The translations under genes and the position numbers were made by a program. From NCBI RefSeq assembly GCF_001194135.2, contig NC_068984.1, positions 1,247,789-1,301,360 on the forward strand: a stretch of 53,572 nucleotides of DNA. Direction: 5' to 3'. Positions within the stretch are counted from its first letter, which is position 1, and the number at the start of each line of letters is the position of its first letter. The notes beneath the pieces are model-generated. The model saw only the letters and a program-made list of their open reading frames with translations. It made no database searches and was not told where the DNA came from. Source of the DNA: Octopus bimaculoides (taxonomy: Eukaryota). Shown one piece after another: positions 12,709-24,894 of the stretch.

Positions 12709-14337
12709 CTGAAACACAAAAAAATTCAAAAAAAGACGTTTTTAACTTATTTGTTTGTTTATTCTTTTATTTAGAAAATCAATTTTCTGATGGCTGTCTG
12801 CGATTATTTGTACAGGTGTGAAGTTGGAGGTTTTAAAATCAGAAAAATAGATACTATGAAAGCCAAGTCATTTCTTTCACAAGGACATTAACATCAAACA
12901 AGAAATGGGTTTATGACACTATACAGAGACAAGCAAGACATCAAAGCGATTCCAAGTTCAATCCCAGTGGGTGCCATTGGGGTCAAGGGTTTCTATCATA
13001 AAAACCCTATCAAGTTGAAGAAAACCTTGGCAGTGAAATTTGGTTGACAAAGTATACAGAAGCCTGTCAACCTCTCTAGTGCTGGCACCACAAGAAAATG
13101 CAGCCATACCACTCTGTAAAGTGGTTGGTGATAGGAAGGGCATCTGGTCATAGGAACTATGCCAAAACAGACATGTAAAAGTCCCAGTCTATGAGAATAG
13201 TGGCTCTCAAAAGGAACTGACTTGGACTGTAAGTTCTTACTTCAGGATAAAGGAACATAGGTTTTGTGGTTAGAGTGTTAAGCTTACAATCCTAAGATTG
13301 CAGGTTCAATTCCTCGACTGGTAATATGTTGTATCCTTGATGAAGACAATGTTATGATAAGGTAAGATCCTTAAGACGTGGTGGTGGCGAGAACTGAAGA
13401 ACTAAGTGGTGTGGCCAGTAGGATAAAGATAAAATGGTGGAATTGTGATGAAGGAGTCGTTTCTGTAGATTTTCCACAAACATAACCAATAACAGAAAGT
13501 GACCTCACTGTGGCTGGATGGTAGGGACAGAAATTGGTCAGGAAAATACACTGTAACCTCCAAGACTGCACAGACTCTTGTGGTAATATGTCAGGAGTAA
13601 AAAATTAGGTGGGAGGAAATAGAGGAAGGATTGGACTGAGTGGTTTGTGAAGTGGGACAGAGCAGAAGAGATGAGTACTTGAGGTTGGCTTAGGAGGTGT
13701 TAATTCTGAGCAACAGAGGTCATTGTAGTAGATATAGAACAGGCAGTGAGAGGACACAGTGTGTGGGGAGTAAGAGATTCTGCTGAGAGATACTTTGTTG
13801 GTCTTCAGTCACATGACCTTCATTAGTAACCAAAATGATGATGAAGAAACTTGAAAATGAGGAGGAAGATTGCAAATATCAATGAAAGACTGAAAGATCT
13901 GGATGGAGTTATGGGAAAAAAAAAGAGAAAATCATTAATCCACTATTAATCCATTATGGATAACAGAAGATTACAGAATGGCCAATGAAAGGTGGAAACT
14001 AAAGATGTTAATAAAAGGTTCAGACTGATCGTCGTCTTCATTTAGCGTCCGTTTTTCCATGCTGAAATGGAGTGGATGGTTTGACCAGAGCTGGTAAAGG
14101 CCAGGGGCAGCACCAGGCTCCATTGCCTATTCTGGCTTGGTTTCCACAGCTGGAACGCCCTTCCTAACATCAGCCACTCTACAGACTGTATTGGATGCTT
14201 TTTTGTATGGCACCAGCACCAGTGCATTCTATGTGACATCAACAGACGAAGATAACATGTGTGTAATATTGATATAGTGAAGAGTGGGGGGAGGGTACTA
14301 TACTGGGGGGAGAGGAAGGGAAGAAGGCTTAGGAAGT

Positions 14338-14535
14338 TAGGCAGGCAGACAGACAGACAGACAGGTGGAGAGGTAGACAGAGACGGAAAGACAGACAGGC
14401 AGCCAGAGAGACAGACAGACAGGCGGGAGACAGGTAGAGAGGCAGATAAAGAGACAGAAAGACAAGCAGCAGATAGGCAGATGGACAGAGAGGCAACCAG
14501 ACAAGCAAGCAGACAGACATTCAGGCAAGCAGACT
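14338..14535. repeat. Degenerate (AGAC)n microsatellite
   Basis: Visible AGAC/AGGC runs; these produce the spurious RQTD/CLSV ORFs. Confidence 0.9.
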
Positions 14536-14689
14536 GCTATGCATGCCTGCATGAGTTTGCAACATTGGCCAAGCTATGCAAAATTTCTCATTTCCTGTCA
14601 TCAATTGGATTGGAAGCAGGCTATGAACTGTTTCACAAGCTATGATTGACCATTGACCAACACCATTCAATTTTTTTTCTCGTGTTTTT

Positions 14690-14834
14690 CTCCTTGTCTC
14701 CGTATTCTTTCTGTTGAAGAGCATAGCTCGAAACGTTAAAGACTTTCCGTATTCCCGAGCGTCATACTAATACATCCTTTTGTTGTTTACACCACCTGTC
14801 CTCGTCTGTTGTTGTTTTTTTTCGTACGTTCTCC

Positions 14835-14835
<1 letters not shown>
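14690..14835 (+). mobile_element. Short Penelope-like terminal-repeat element (family P1) with a minimal hammerhead-like motif at 14706-14742
   Basis: TCTTT-CTGTTGA-A-GAGC-ata-GCTC-GAAAC-GT-T-AAAGA. Related copies at 31165-31315 (-) and 31425-31545 (+). Confidence 0.65.
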
Positions 14836-14837
<2 letters not shown>

Positions 14838-14868
<31 letters not shown>

Positions 14869-14980
14869 CATATATACATACATATATACATACATATATA
14901 CATACATATATACATACATATATACATACATATATACATACATATATACATACATATGTATGTATGTATGTATGTATAGA
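14838..14980. repeat. Compound (ATAC)n / 12-bp CATATATACATA microsatellite
   Basis: Visible periodicity; gives YTYI/MYV repeat ORFs. Confidence 0.92.
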
Positions 14981-16479
14981 TGATGGACTTCAATAGTGAT
15001 GTTGGATAGATTAAAGAGTTTATTCATCAAAAATGGATCATCCCAATAATAGTAAATTAGTCAAGTAGCAAGAAGCTGAAGCTAATACAGACCCTTACAA
15101 CTTACAACCTTCTTCAATGCCACATCTCATAAACTTTCTCCTCAGTGTCACATCTCAACACAACAAAATGATTTCCTAACAGAAATATTTTATTGTTTTT
15201 CATTTATTGTTGTTTGATGTTTATTGATTCTCTAAATGGTTTTTTTGTCAAAGTAAGCTTTTGCATGTCGTCAGAGCAAGTACGTTGTTCAAGATGAAAC
15301 AGCCATCCTGTTGTTAATCATTCCATTTTGAAGCAACAAGGTTGGGTTTATTTATTTTGCAATTACATAAACTATGAAGCAAAGAGTGAAATGTGCTTTT
15401 GTTTTGAACACACCTGAAGCTGGAATTATGATCATCGTCATTTAATATCCATGTTCCATGCTGACGTGGGTTGAATGGTTTGATGGGATCAAATGGCTCC
15501 AGGGGCTGCATTCATCATCATTATCATCGTTTAACGTCCGTTTTCCATGCTAGCATGAGTTGGATGGTTTGACTGAGGTCTGGAGAGCCAGAAGGCTGCA
15601 CCAGGCTCCAATCTGATCTGGCAGTGTTTCTACAGCTGGTTACCCTTCCTAACGCCAACCACTCCAAGAGTGTAGTGGGTGCTAGACTACAAACCCCAAG
15701 AGAGGCAACTTTATGTTAGGAAATAAGGCATTAAAGTATAAAAGAAGGGGCCAAAGCAGAACAAGTTTCTTGCTGTAGAGAGGCTACATGGCTTCTAAGA
15801 TTTTGAAGGGAGGGTAGGGATGATCAGGGTGGAGGAGGGATGAGATAAAAATCGTAGGGATGAGGTGTCTGGGTGAAACCTCATGAGACAGGTGGAGTAG
15901 AAATGAATAAGTGGAGACAAAGAGAACTGCAAGTGTAAGTGGGTAGAGGTTAGAAGAGTAGTGAATATGGGAGGGTGAGAGATGGGGAATGGGTGAAAGG
16001 TATGAGTATAAAGAATGAAGAACAGGCATTTAGTGGATGATGAATAAAGAATGTAGGGAAGAGTAGGTGACAATTGTAAAGATTGGGCTGGGCTGAGGAG
16101 TGGATGTAGTAGTGAATAGTAGATGAGGGGTAGGGGGAACTAATGAGGCACAGTTATTAAATAAAGAAACAAAAAAAAGAGACTGATGATGCTGATGGCT
16201 ATTTGTGTTGGCAAAATAAATAATGGAGTGAAGTTGTTGAATTAGGATCAATTTGAGGGTTGTATGAAGAAAGGGAACTTAAGCAAAGATGAAGAGAGAG
16301 AAATAAAACACCCAAGTCTTAGGCTTGCTGTAAAAAACTTACAAAAACTTTACTCTGTAGTTCAACACCAGACATTACAGCTCCACAACTACACAAGCTT
16401 TTCCTTAAATAATCTATAATCTATATATTTGTTTTGCAAGTTCCCTGATGTGAAATTGTGTGTGTGTGTGTGTGTGTGC

Positions 16480-16519
<40 letters not shown>

Positions 16520-17524
16520 TCATCGTCATCATTTAACATCCGTTTTCAATGCTGACATGGCTTGGATGGTTTGACTGAAAACTGATAAGCTAGATCATAA
16601 ATATATTTTGGGTTAGAGATCCCTACATCAACATAAAGAAATAAATTCTCAAACTATCATTTACATTCGTGTCCACTTTTCCCTGAAACTGGTGGACTTG
16701 TGTACATGTCTACATGTTTTACAGTTAGCAAAAGATGAAATGTGGGCACAATAAGGTTTTCATGATTAAGCTAGAAATTTGAGTGATGGAGACTTACATC
16801 CAGACACAGATATTTTGCAAAGATAAAATTTGCACACAAATGCATTTTTCTGTGCACACCTACAGCAACAATATTTAGAGGAAGGAACATTTTGTCTGAC
16901 GCCCTGACAGATATACCACCACACATCTCATTTTATAACTGGGACCCCGAGTTCATTGGTAGTCCTCTATTATGGTTTTGATCATGATTTTGGAAGGACA
17001 TCAACTGTTCATCCTTTCATGAGTTGATTCCCAGATGAGGATTTGATAGACAGGTAAATTTGCAGGCATCAAACATAGAAATATTGATGGTAATGACAAT
17101 GGTGTTTATTACAAAGGAGACGCTTTTTTTGAAAATTTATACATTTGTATTGTATCGGAAAAGGTTTCTTTGTGAAATACTCAGTGAAGTAGGAAGTAAA
17201 TCTGCTGCTGTTAGAGTTTCACAAACCAGGTAAGGCAACCAGAGTTATGCACCTTGTATACAGCTCTCTTCCACGGGCTGTGAGTTAGTTTCAACTCATA
17301 AACTTATTATAATCAGCATGCCAACAATTTAACTGCACAATCCCTGAATCTCTCCAGCAAATTGCAAAATTTACAATTGACTGATAACTTTCCAGTCAAA
17401 ACATTGATTTGTTAATCAAAGCAATGTTGCCATCGTTAAAATATTACTTTTTTAAAATAATAATTGAACATTGACCATCTTTGTACAACTTTCACAGTTC
17501 TCCAAATAAAGTTTGGATATTTAT

Positions 17525-17576
<52 letters not shown>

Positions 17577-17662
17577 TACATACATACACAACATACATAC
17601 ATGCATGAATGAATGCACACACACATACACGTGTGTGTAGGGTGTATGTGTGTGTGTGTGTG

Positions 17663-17693
<31 letters not shown>

Positions 17694-18649
17694 GTTATCA
17701 GCATCATCCTTTAACACGTCTGTTCCATGTTAGCATGGGTAGAGAGATTAAGAAGGGGATCCAATAGGTCTGAGGACTACGTCCTGCTTACCATCAGCTT
17801 TGGAATGGTTTCTATGGCTGGATGACCCTCCAAAAGCCAACCACTTTCATTACAGAGTGGACTGGGTGCTTTTTTGTCTTTTATGATGCCAGCACTAGTG
17901 GGGTCAGCATGCAACTTGCAAGACTAAGATCCTGTTTGACTGAATGGGTTCGCAGCAGAGAGGGAGGTGGGTTTCTGCTGGAACAGAATTATGGAAGGAA
18001 ACAGGTTTCTTGCTGTATAGAAGAGAAGGAGAGAGAGTGAGTGGGGTGGAGCTGGAAAGAGGTGAAATAATGAGTGATGAGGTGTCAGAGTGGGCAGTGA
18101 AGGTATGAGGTGAGTAAAAGTGATGGGGAGAGGAGAACAGGGGGAGTTGGTAGAAAGAGGGTGGTTGTAAGTGAATGGGAGGGAGTATGTGTATGTACAC
18201 ACACACACACACACACACACACCATTGCTCTGATCTCATCTTCTCTAACTCATTCTCGTTTCCCTTCCAACCAGAGTAGCCATGTCTCTGCAGCAAGACC
18301 CCTGTCTCTGTCCTTCTGCACCTTTAATCTCTCAACTAGCACAAAGCAACCCCCACCCTGCCATACTTCTCCCCACTTCCAATTGAGAGGGTGTTTGCCT
18401 TTTTTCTTGCAAACCACTTGGTGACTCTGTTGGTGCCGCTGCTACATAAAAAACTCCCTTTCTACACTCTGTAAAGTGGTTGGCATTAAGAAGGGCAACT
18501 AGCCATGGAAATCACGCCAAAACGGACAATTGAAGCCTGGTGCAGCTCCCAGTCTTTGCCAGCGCCTGTCAAACCATCCAACCCATGCCAGCATAGAAAA
18601 CAGAGCATAAATGACAATAATGAATGGTGATGATGATGATGGTGTGTGT

Positions 18650-18726
18650 GAGAGAAAGAGAGAGGGGGAGAAAGAGAGAGAGGGGGAGGGAGAAAGAGAG
18701 AGAGAGAGAAAGAGAGAGAGGGAGAA

Positions 18727-18789
<63 letters not shown>

Positions 18790-19130
18790 NNNNNNNNNNN
18801 NNNNNNNNNNNNNNNNNNNNNNNNNNNNNNNNNNNNNNNNNNNNNNNNNNNNNNNNNNNNNNNNNNNNNNNNNNNNNNNNNNNNNNNNNNNNNNNNNNNN
18901 NNNNNNNNNNNNNNNNNNNNNNNNNNNNNNNNNNNNNNNNNNNNNNNNNNNNNNNNNNNNNNNNNNNNNNNNNNNNNNNNNNNNNNNNNNNNNNNNNNNN
19001 NNNNNNNNNNNNNNNNNNNNNNNNNNNNNNNNNNNNNNNNNNNNNNNNNNNNNNNNNNNNNNNNNNNNNNNNNNNNNNNNNNNNNNNNNNNNNNNNNNNN
19101 NNNNNNNNNNNNNNNNNNNNNNNNNNNNNN

Positions 19131-19205
<75 letters not shown>
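18650..19205. repeat. (GA)n microsatellite spanning an assembly gap (N 18790-19130)
   Basis: GA runs on both sides of the N block. Confidence 0.95.
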
Positions 19206-19206
<1 letters not shown>

Positions 19207-19931
19207 TTGATACTATACTTTCATTATCTATTTTAAAACAAACCAAGAATATATTCTTCATATTTAATCAAATAAGTTTAGAATGGGTTTGGTAGGGTTA
19301 AGTAAAGGAATATTTCATGGACATGGCAAACAGATCATTAAATTATCTCGTTAACACTTTAGATAAGCTAATCAATGTTAAAAGAATATCTGACTGGCTA
19401 CATAAAAATCATTAAAAAAATTAATATTTTAAAATCAAATTTTTATACTCTTTTTAAAAATGGCCATTCAGAATGACTTGTCTCTGCAAACTGGTGCCCA
19501 ATCACATATTGATGACTGTTTGCTTAAAGAGTTAACAAATTCAATGATCCTTTAACATGTGAGTCAGAAGTGGGGTGAACGCAACACCGTGCAATGTCAC
19601 AACAATCTATGAAGAAGATTTTACATAGAATCTCCTCCAACACCAGTTGCCAAACGGCGGTGGAGGACAAAGACAGACAGACACAGAAAAACACACACAT
19701 ATTTATACAATGGGCTTCTTTCAGCTTCCATCTACCGAATCCAGTCACAAGGCTTTGGTTGTCCCAAAAGCTATAGTGGAGACACTTGCTCAAGATGTCA
19801 CATAGTGGAACTGAACCTAGCACCATGTGGTTGAAACTAATAAAGAGTGTCTGAAAATCCCTGAGCCCAGATTTAATAAGTCAATGACATTTATGAAATG
19901 AAGGATAAAAAAAATTAAAAAATCACCTCAC

Positions 19932-19986
19932 CTTTTCACTGCTAACTGATTTGAGGGAAGTGTCGGAGCCTTTCCTCTCCAGCCGA
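19932..19986 (-). CDS. SNX14: SNX14 coding exon, Ser/Lys-rich linker
   Basis: Long pyrimidine tract with ttttcag|, |gtgagg donor, 55 nt, phase 2 to 0. Encodes (C)RLERKGSDTSLKSVSSEK. Weak similarity to human, but it supplies the phase change needed between neighbours. Confidence 0.85.
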
Positions 19987-20900
19987 CTGAAAATAGAAGA
20001 GAGAGAGATAAAGAAGTAAACAGGAATTACTGGTACATAGTGTTGATGTGCAGAGGTTTTGGCATGACTTACTAATAACTGAGAGTTCCTCATCATTATT
20101 CAACACCCGTTTCTGGTGCTGGCATCCGTTGTATGGCTGGCGTAGGCTGGACAGCTGCTCCTGGCTCCGATTGTCCATTTTGACACAGTTCCTATGGCTG
20201 GACGCCCTTCCTAATGCCAACCACTTTACAGAGTGTGCAGGGGTGTTCTTTTACATGGCACCAGCACCAGTGGGATTGCAAAACAAAGACCTTTCAGCTG
20301 AGAGGAGGGAGTGGAAGGGAAGGAGGTGGCTGTGTGCCAAGTGAAAGGTTAGAGTATAATAGAAGGGAGTGTAAGAATTGTTTGGAGGTACCTAATATAT
20401 GCACACATAAAATAAGCCATTATGTTATGGAAACATTAGAAAGAAAGAAAACCAATATAATAAAAACAAAACCCTATTCAGGATTATAAGAAAAAAATGG
20501 AAGTTCATTATTTGTTTTAATTTACTTAAATCGAATTCCAATAGTTTGTGTAAAGCATTTACTTAAACTTCTTAAAAGTCTATTTAGATGCATGAACACA
20601 TCTTTAAGTGCATTCTTGTTGATGGTTTATCAGATTAAATTTTGAGGTAAAAATTTGGCATATTTCCTCAATAAAAATTCACAATGTTTGCTTCCTCTGC
20701 AGTTTAGCTCTACTAATTATTTCCCAGCTAATTGTGCATTCTCTATTATCTTTTAGCAACCAAATTAATTTATTTAAGTAAATTTTCACTAACTCGAGTT
20801 TCACCAATATTCGTTGTGGCTAGCCAGCATTGAGAACCAATCTAAGAGTTAACACGGTAACTGCCAGGATTATATATCCATCAAAACCATTTTTGGATAC

Positions 20901-20931
<31 letters not shown>

Positions 20932-21134
20932 ATCATCATCATCATCATCGTTTAACGTCCGCTTTCCATGCTAGCATGGGTTATATATATGTGTATAAAG
21001 ATTCGGTTGAATTTGGTACTCAAATTCAGGTACCTCATTAGGTCAGAATAATATACACACACAACAATATTATGTAAATATCAAACTTGATACATAAGTA
21101 CTGACCGAATGATATTCCTGCAGTGTATGTAGAC

Positions 21135-21299
21135 CAGTGGTTCCCAGCCTGTGGTCCACGGACCCCTGGTGGTCTGCAAAGGTAGCATTAGGGGTCCATT
21201 AGCATGTTAAGCTGACAGACCTTGCAATATCCTAGGGCCCATGGGAAAACTCATTTAAATAAAAGGAGCCCTTGGTACTGCAAAGGTTGGGAACCACTG
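21135..21299. mobile_element. Complete 165-bp hAT (Charlie/Buster-like) MITE
   Basis: TIRs CAGTGGTTCCCAGCCT / AGGTTGGGAACCACTG, with a perfect 8-bp TSD ATGTAGAC at 21127-21134 and 21300-21307. Confidence 0.95.
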
Positions 21300-21984
21300 A
21301 TGTAGACAATTAGACCCAACTGAGTGAAGAAATCCACTCTTGAGCTATTCAGACATGTACTTTATATTAAATATACGGTCCATAATATATTTACAAAGGT
21401 CAGATTCCGAGGCAGGTGAATAAAATATGAGTAACAATAGGGGTGTAGATGTTAATCCATTACAGCCATTTCTAACGAGTCCTTTAATTGATTAATGGAA
21501 ACATTACATCATTGCAAAGAAACCGTTTACATCAGATGAATTCATGAACTTCAAAATAAAGGACATTCAAAATGATTTAACAGAGTTTATAATCCAAGGA
21601 ACAAAGAAATTTACAGTGATTCTGCTACTATTTCAGTTGACAGAATGGATTTACCAGAGTAGTGTATATATATGATTAGAAAAGAGAAATTTAGAAGTTT
21701 TTAGGATGGAGAAAAAATAATTGACTGCCGTGACCCAATTATCTTTACTTCTAACAAAGGAGGAGAGCGTGGCTAAATTAGTTTAGGTTTATTTATTAAG
21801 GAATTGTTTAATGTCTACTGGTCAGTGGTAAGAAAATGGTTTGTGGCCAGGTCAACCTATTAAATTATCAAAGTAACTGATAATTTTGTAGTGTGAACAT
21901 ACCTACACACAAGCAGGCATAGGTACGGACTTTGATCATTGTTAGTTTTACTGAGTACAAAATACTTTGTTGATAAGGTATGAT

Positions 21985-22015
<31 letters not shown>

Positions 22016-22085
22016 CGTATATATACGTATATATACGTATATACGTATATATACGTATATACGTATATATATATANNNNNNNNNN

Positions 22086-22124
<39 letters not shown>

Positions 22125-23131
22125 AAAAGAAAGAATGAACAAGTAAAACATGTGGAATCACTTTTGAGTATGTAATTTATAATTCAGACATAATTGCAGA
22201 GTTGTTAGAGTAAGATAATATGAATATCTCAAAAATTATCTTCCACCAAAAATTATAGATTTTGCAATGTCATAGAAACTGATATGAATATTTCAAATTT
22301 GAAAGCAAACATTTTCTTAAAATAAGGAATGAAGCCCTAGTACAGTTACTGTGACAATCAGGATAACATTAATTAAAGAAGGTTATATCCATATACGAGA
22401 GAGAGAGGTAAACATCCATGAACAACAGTTATAATTTATCAATATGTTGGAATATATTACCATATTTGTAGATTTAGATCATAGATTCACTGTTAAATTA
22501 ATCACCATAACAACAGACAGATATACTGAAACACTATTAAATGCCGTCACATTCCTCATTGATCTTTCATATTGTGTCAAATAGAAACAAGGTCAATTGA
22601 GTTAGATGACCTGTCGTATTCACAATGTCATTTTCATATTGGAATGCTTCAGAGAAGACACCAAGTGCTGCCTCAGTTAAAAAGGGAGCTTTTGGTAAAA
22701 AAAAGAGCCAATGGATGTTGCTGCTGCTGTCGTTGTTGTTTAGCTATGTGTGTTCAGCCTGATCTACGATCATGGCTATTCCAGTTATGACCTTCACCTC
22801 TTATTTATAGTCAGCGTATCTAGGACTGCACTGTCCAAGATGAGTTTTTTTGTTTTATTTTAGAATGTGAGAATGCTACACAAAGGGTATTTGCCTGCTG
22901 TTTCTAACAGCTTGAGAAAGCAAATCCAAACACCTAGTCTTCAGCAACAGAAAAAAAACAAGATATATAGCATGAACAAAATAAATTATATTTTAAGTTC
23001 TGAACTGAAATCCGAGTTCTTGACCTATAGATTATAGATTTGTAACCTAATGTAACTGACCATTATCACAGCAATAAGAATTTCAAACTTGAAGATATGA
23101 TTCAGGAAAATGGTTTGCAAGTTCAACTTAC

Positions 23132-23202
23132 CAAGGCCGGGGCTTTGGGGCTTCTGTTGATTGAAGAAACGATTGTAGAAATGGATCAATATGCTGTCCT
23201 CG
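23132..23202 (-). CDS. SNX14: SNX14 coding exon
   Basis: cttctttaaag| acceptor, |gtaagt donor, 71 nt, phase 0 to 2. Encodes RGQHIDPFLQSFLQSTEAPKPRP (human [23 protein letters not shown]). Confidence 0.96.
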
Positions 23203-23424
23203 CTTTAAAGAAGCAGAAATACAGGGGTTAACAAATGCAAATGGATATTTAAATACACACACAAATTTATAGATAGATTGAGAGAAACAAACACACACAT
23301 TAATGTTTGGTTTTATTTTATAATAAAAACAATTTTACATTTAACTGAAAGATTGCCTAATACTTTTGGTAGTATACAAATTTATTATTCTCGAACAAGA
23401 CTAGTGTGTGTGTATATATATATA

Positions 23425-23625
23425 TATATGTAACCACAAGAGTATCGTTGGCAATTTTCTTCCTCCGTCTCCCCTTCTTTTGGACTTTCCTCTATTTCTG
23501 AAGAAGGGCTTTGCTCGAATCAAAAATCCTCTTTCTTTCCTTTCCTGAGCATCTAATAATACCATACTTGCACCATGTCCTCGCATTATTGTTTTTTTCT
23601 TGTTTGTTCTTCTTTGTTTGGATTC
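23425..23625 (+). mobile_element. Short Penelope-like terminal-repeat element (family P2) with a degenerate hammerhead motif at 23494-23527
   Basis: ATTT-CTGAAGA-A-GGGC-ttt-GCTC-GAA-TC-AAAAAT, bounded by AT microsatellites. Confidence 0.55.
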
Positions 23626-24100
23626 ACTATATATATATCATCATCATCATCATCGTTTAACATCCGTTTTCCATGCTGGCATGGGTTGGATGGTTCAATT
23701 GGGGTCTAGGAAGCCAGGAGGCTGCACCAGGTTCTAGTCTGGCAGTGTTTCTACAGCTGGATGCCTTTCCTAACGCCAACCACTCCAAGAGTGTAGTGGG
23801 TGCTTTTTACATACCACTGGCACAGGGAGCCAGAGGAGCTGGTATGTGTGTGTGTGTATATATACATGTATGTATATATGCATGTGTATGTATATATATA
23901 TGTATGTATGCATGTGTATATATAGTGTCTGACGAGCTGTCCACAAAGCTTTGGTTTTCGTGGACACAAAACCCTTGGTAAGTCTATGACAAGACATTAA
24001 ATGTTTGTTTTAATAACCACTACTCTATTCTTTAGCATGTGCCTCTTTTCTGATATGTGTCTTACTGTGTGTGTGTGTGTGTTAGTTTCTTTCTTTCTTT

Positions 24101-24200
24101 NNNNNNNNNNNNNNNNNNNNNNNNNNNNNNNNNNNNNNNNNNNNNNNNNNNNNNNNNNNNNNNNNNNNNNNNNNNNNNNNNNNNNNNNNNNNNNNNNNNN
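24101..24200. other. Assembly gap (100 N); other gaps at 18790-19130, about 22076-22085, 25152-25716 and 35178-35187
   Basis: N runs, each inside or next to a tandem repeat. Confidence 0.98.
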
Positions 24201-24894
24201 ATATGTATGTATAAATGTATATATATATGAATAAAGATATATATATATGTATATATAATATGTGTATGTATGTGTGTATGTATATATATGTGTGTATGTG
24301 TGTATGTATGTATATATATATATATATTTACGTGTGTGCATGTATATGTGTGTGTGCATGTATATGTGTGTGGGAGTGTGTGTGTGTGTGTTCCTTTCTT
24401 TCTTCAATGCTATTTTACATATCAGTGTGTTATCAATGTTAAGAAACAAAGTTAAATGTCATCTTTTGTACAGTTTGTGACAAAGCTCATTGCTGGAGAA
24501 AAGTGCTTTACATTTTAATCTGAAAGTTGATATCAGGAAGAATAAATAGGCAAGAAACTCTACATCCTTCAGATAGACAAGAGGAACTCTTACACTAACA
24601 GAGAGAGTTGATTAAAAATAAACTAAAGCAAAAGACAAACAACAACAACAATGTTGTTAGTCAACAACTGTGCATAGTAAGGATTTGAATGTCACATATC
24701 TTAATGTAAACATAACTGGGTGATCTTATCGGATGGACAAGTGTGATATTAAGCTGTCTTTATCAAAGGCCATAACCAGAAAATCAGGGGACCTCAAGGA
24801 AACTTGCTCTTAATTCACGCATGAAATGTTACAAAGAGAAAATAAAAGTTCATTTCACATATTTTTCCAGCTTCTTTCTTCATATTATAGACAT

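Noticed and set aside
13380-13960. Possible old CR1/L2-type LINE remnants (also about 39400-39960) and a possible DNA transposon relic at 16680-17430
   Set aside because: Composition suggests decayed coding sequence, but I could not recover a diagnostic motif.
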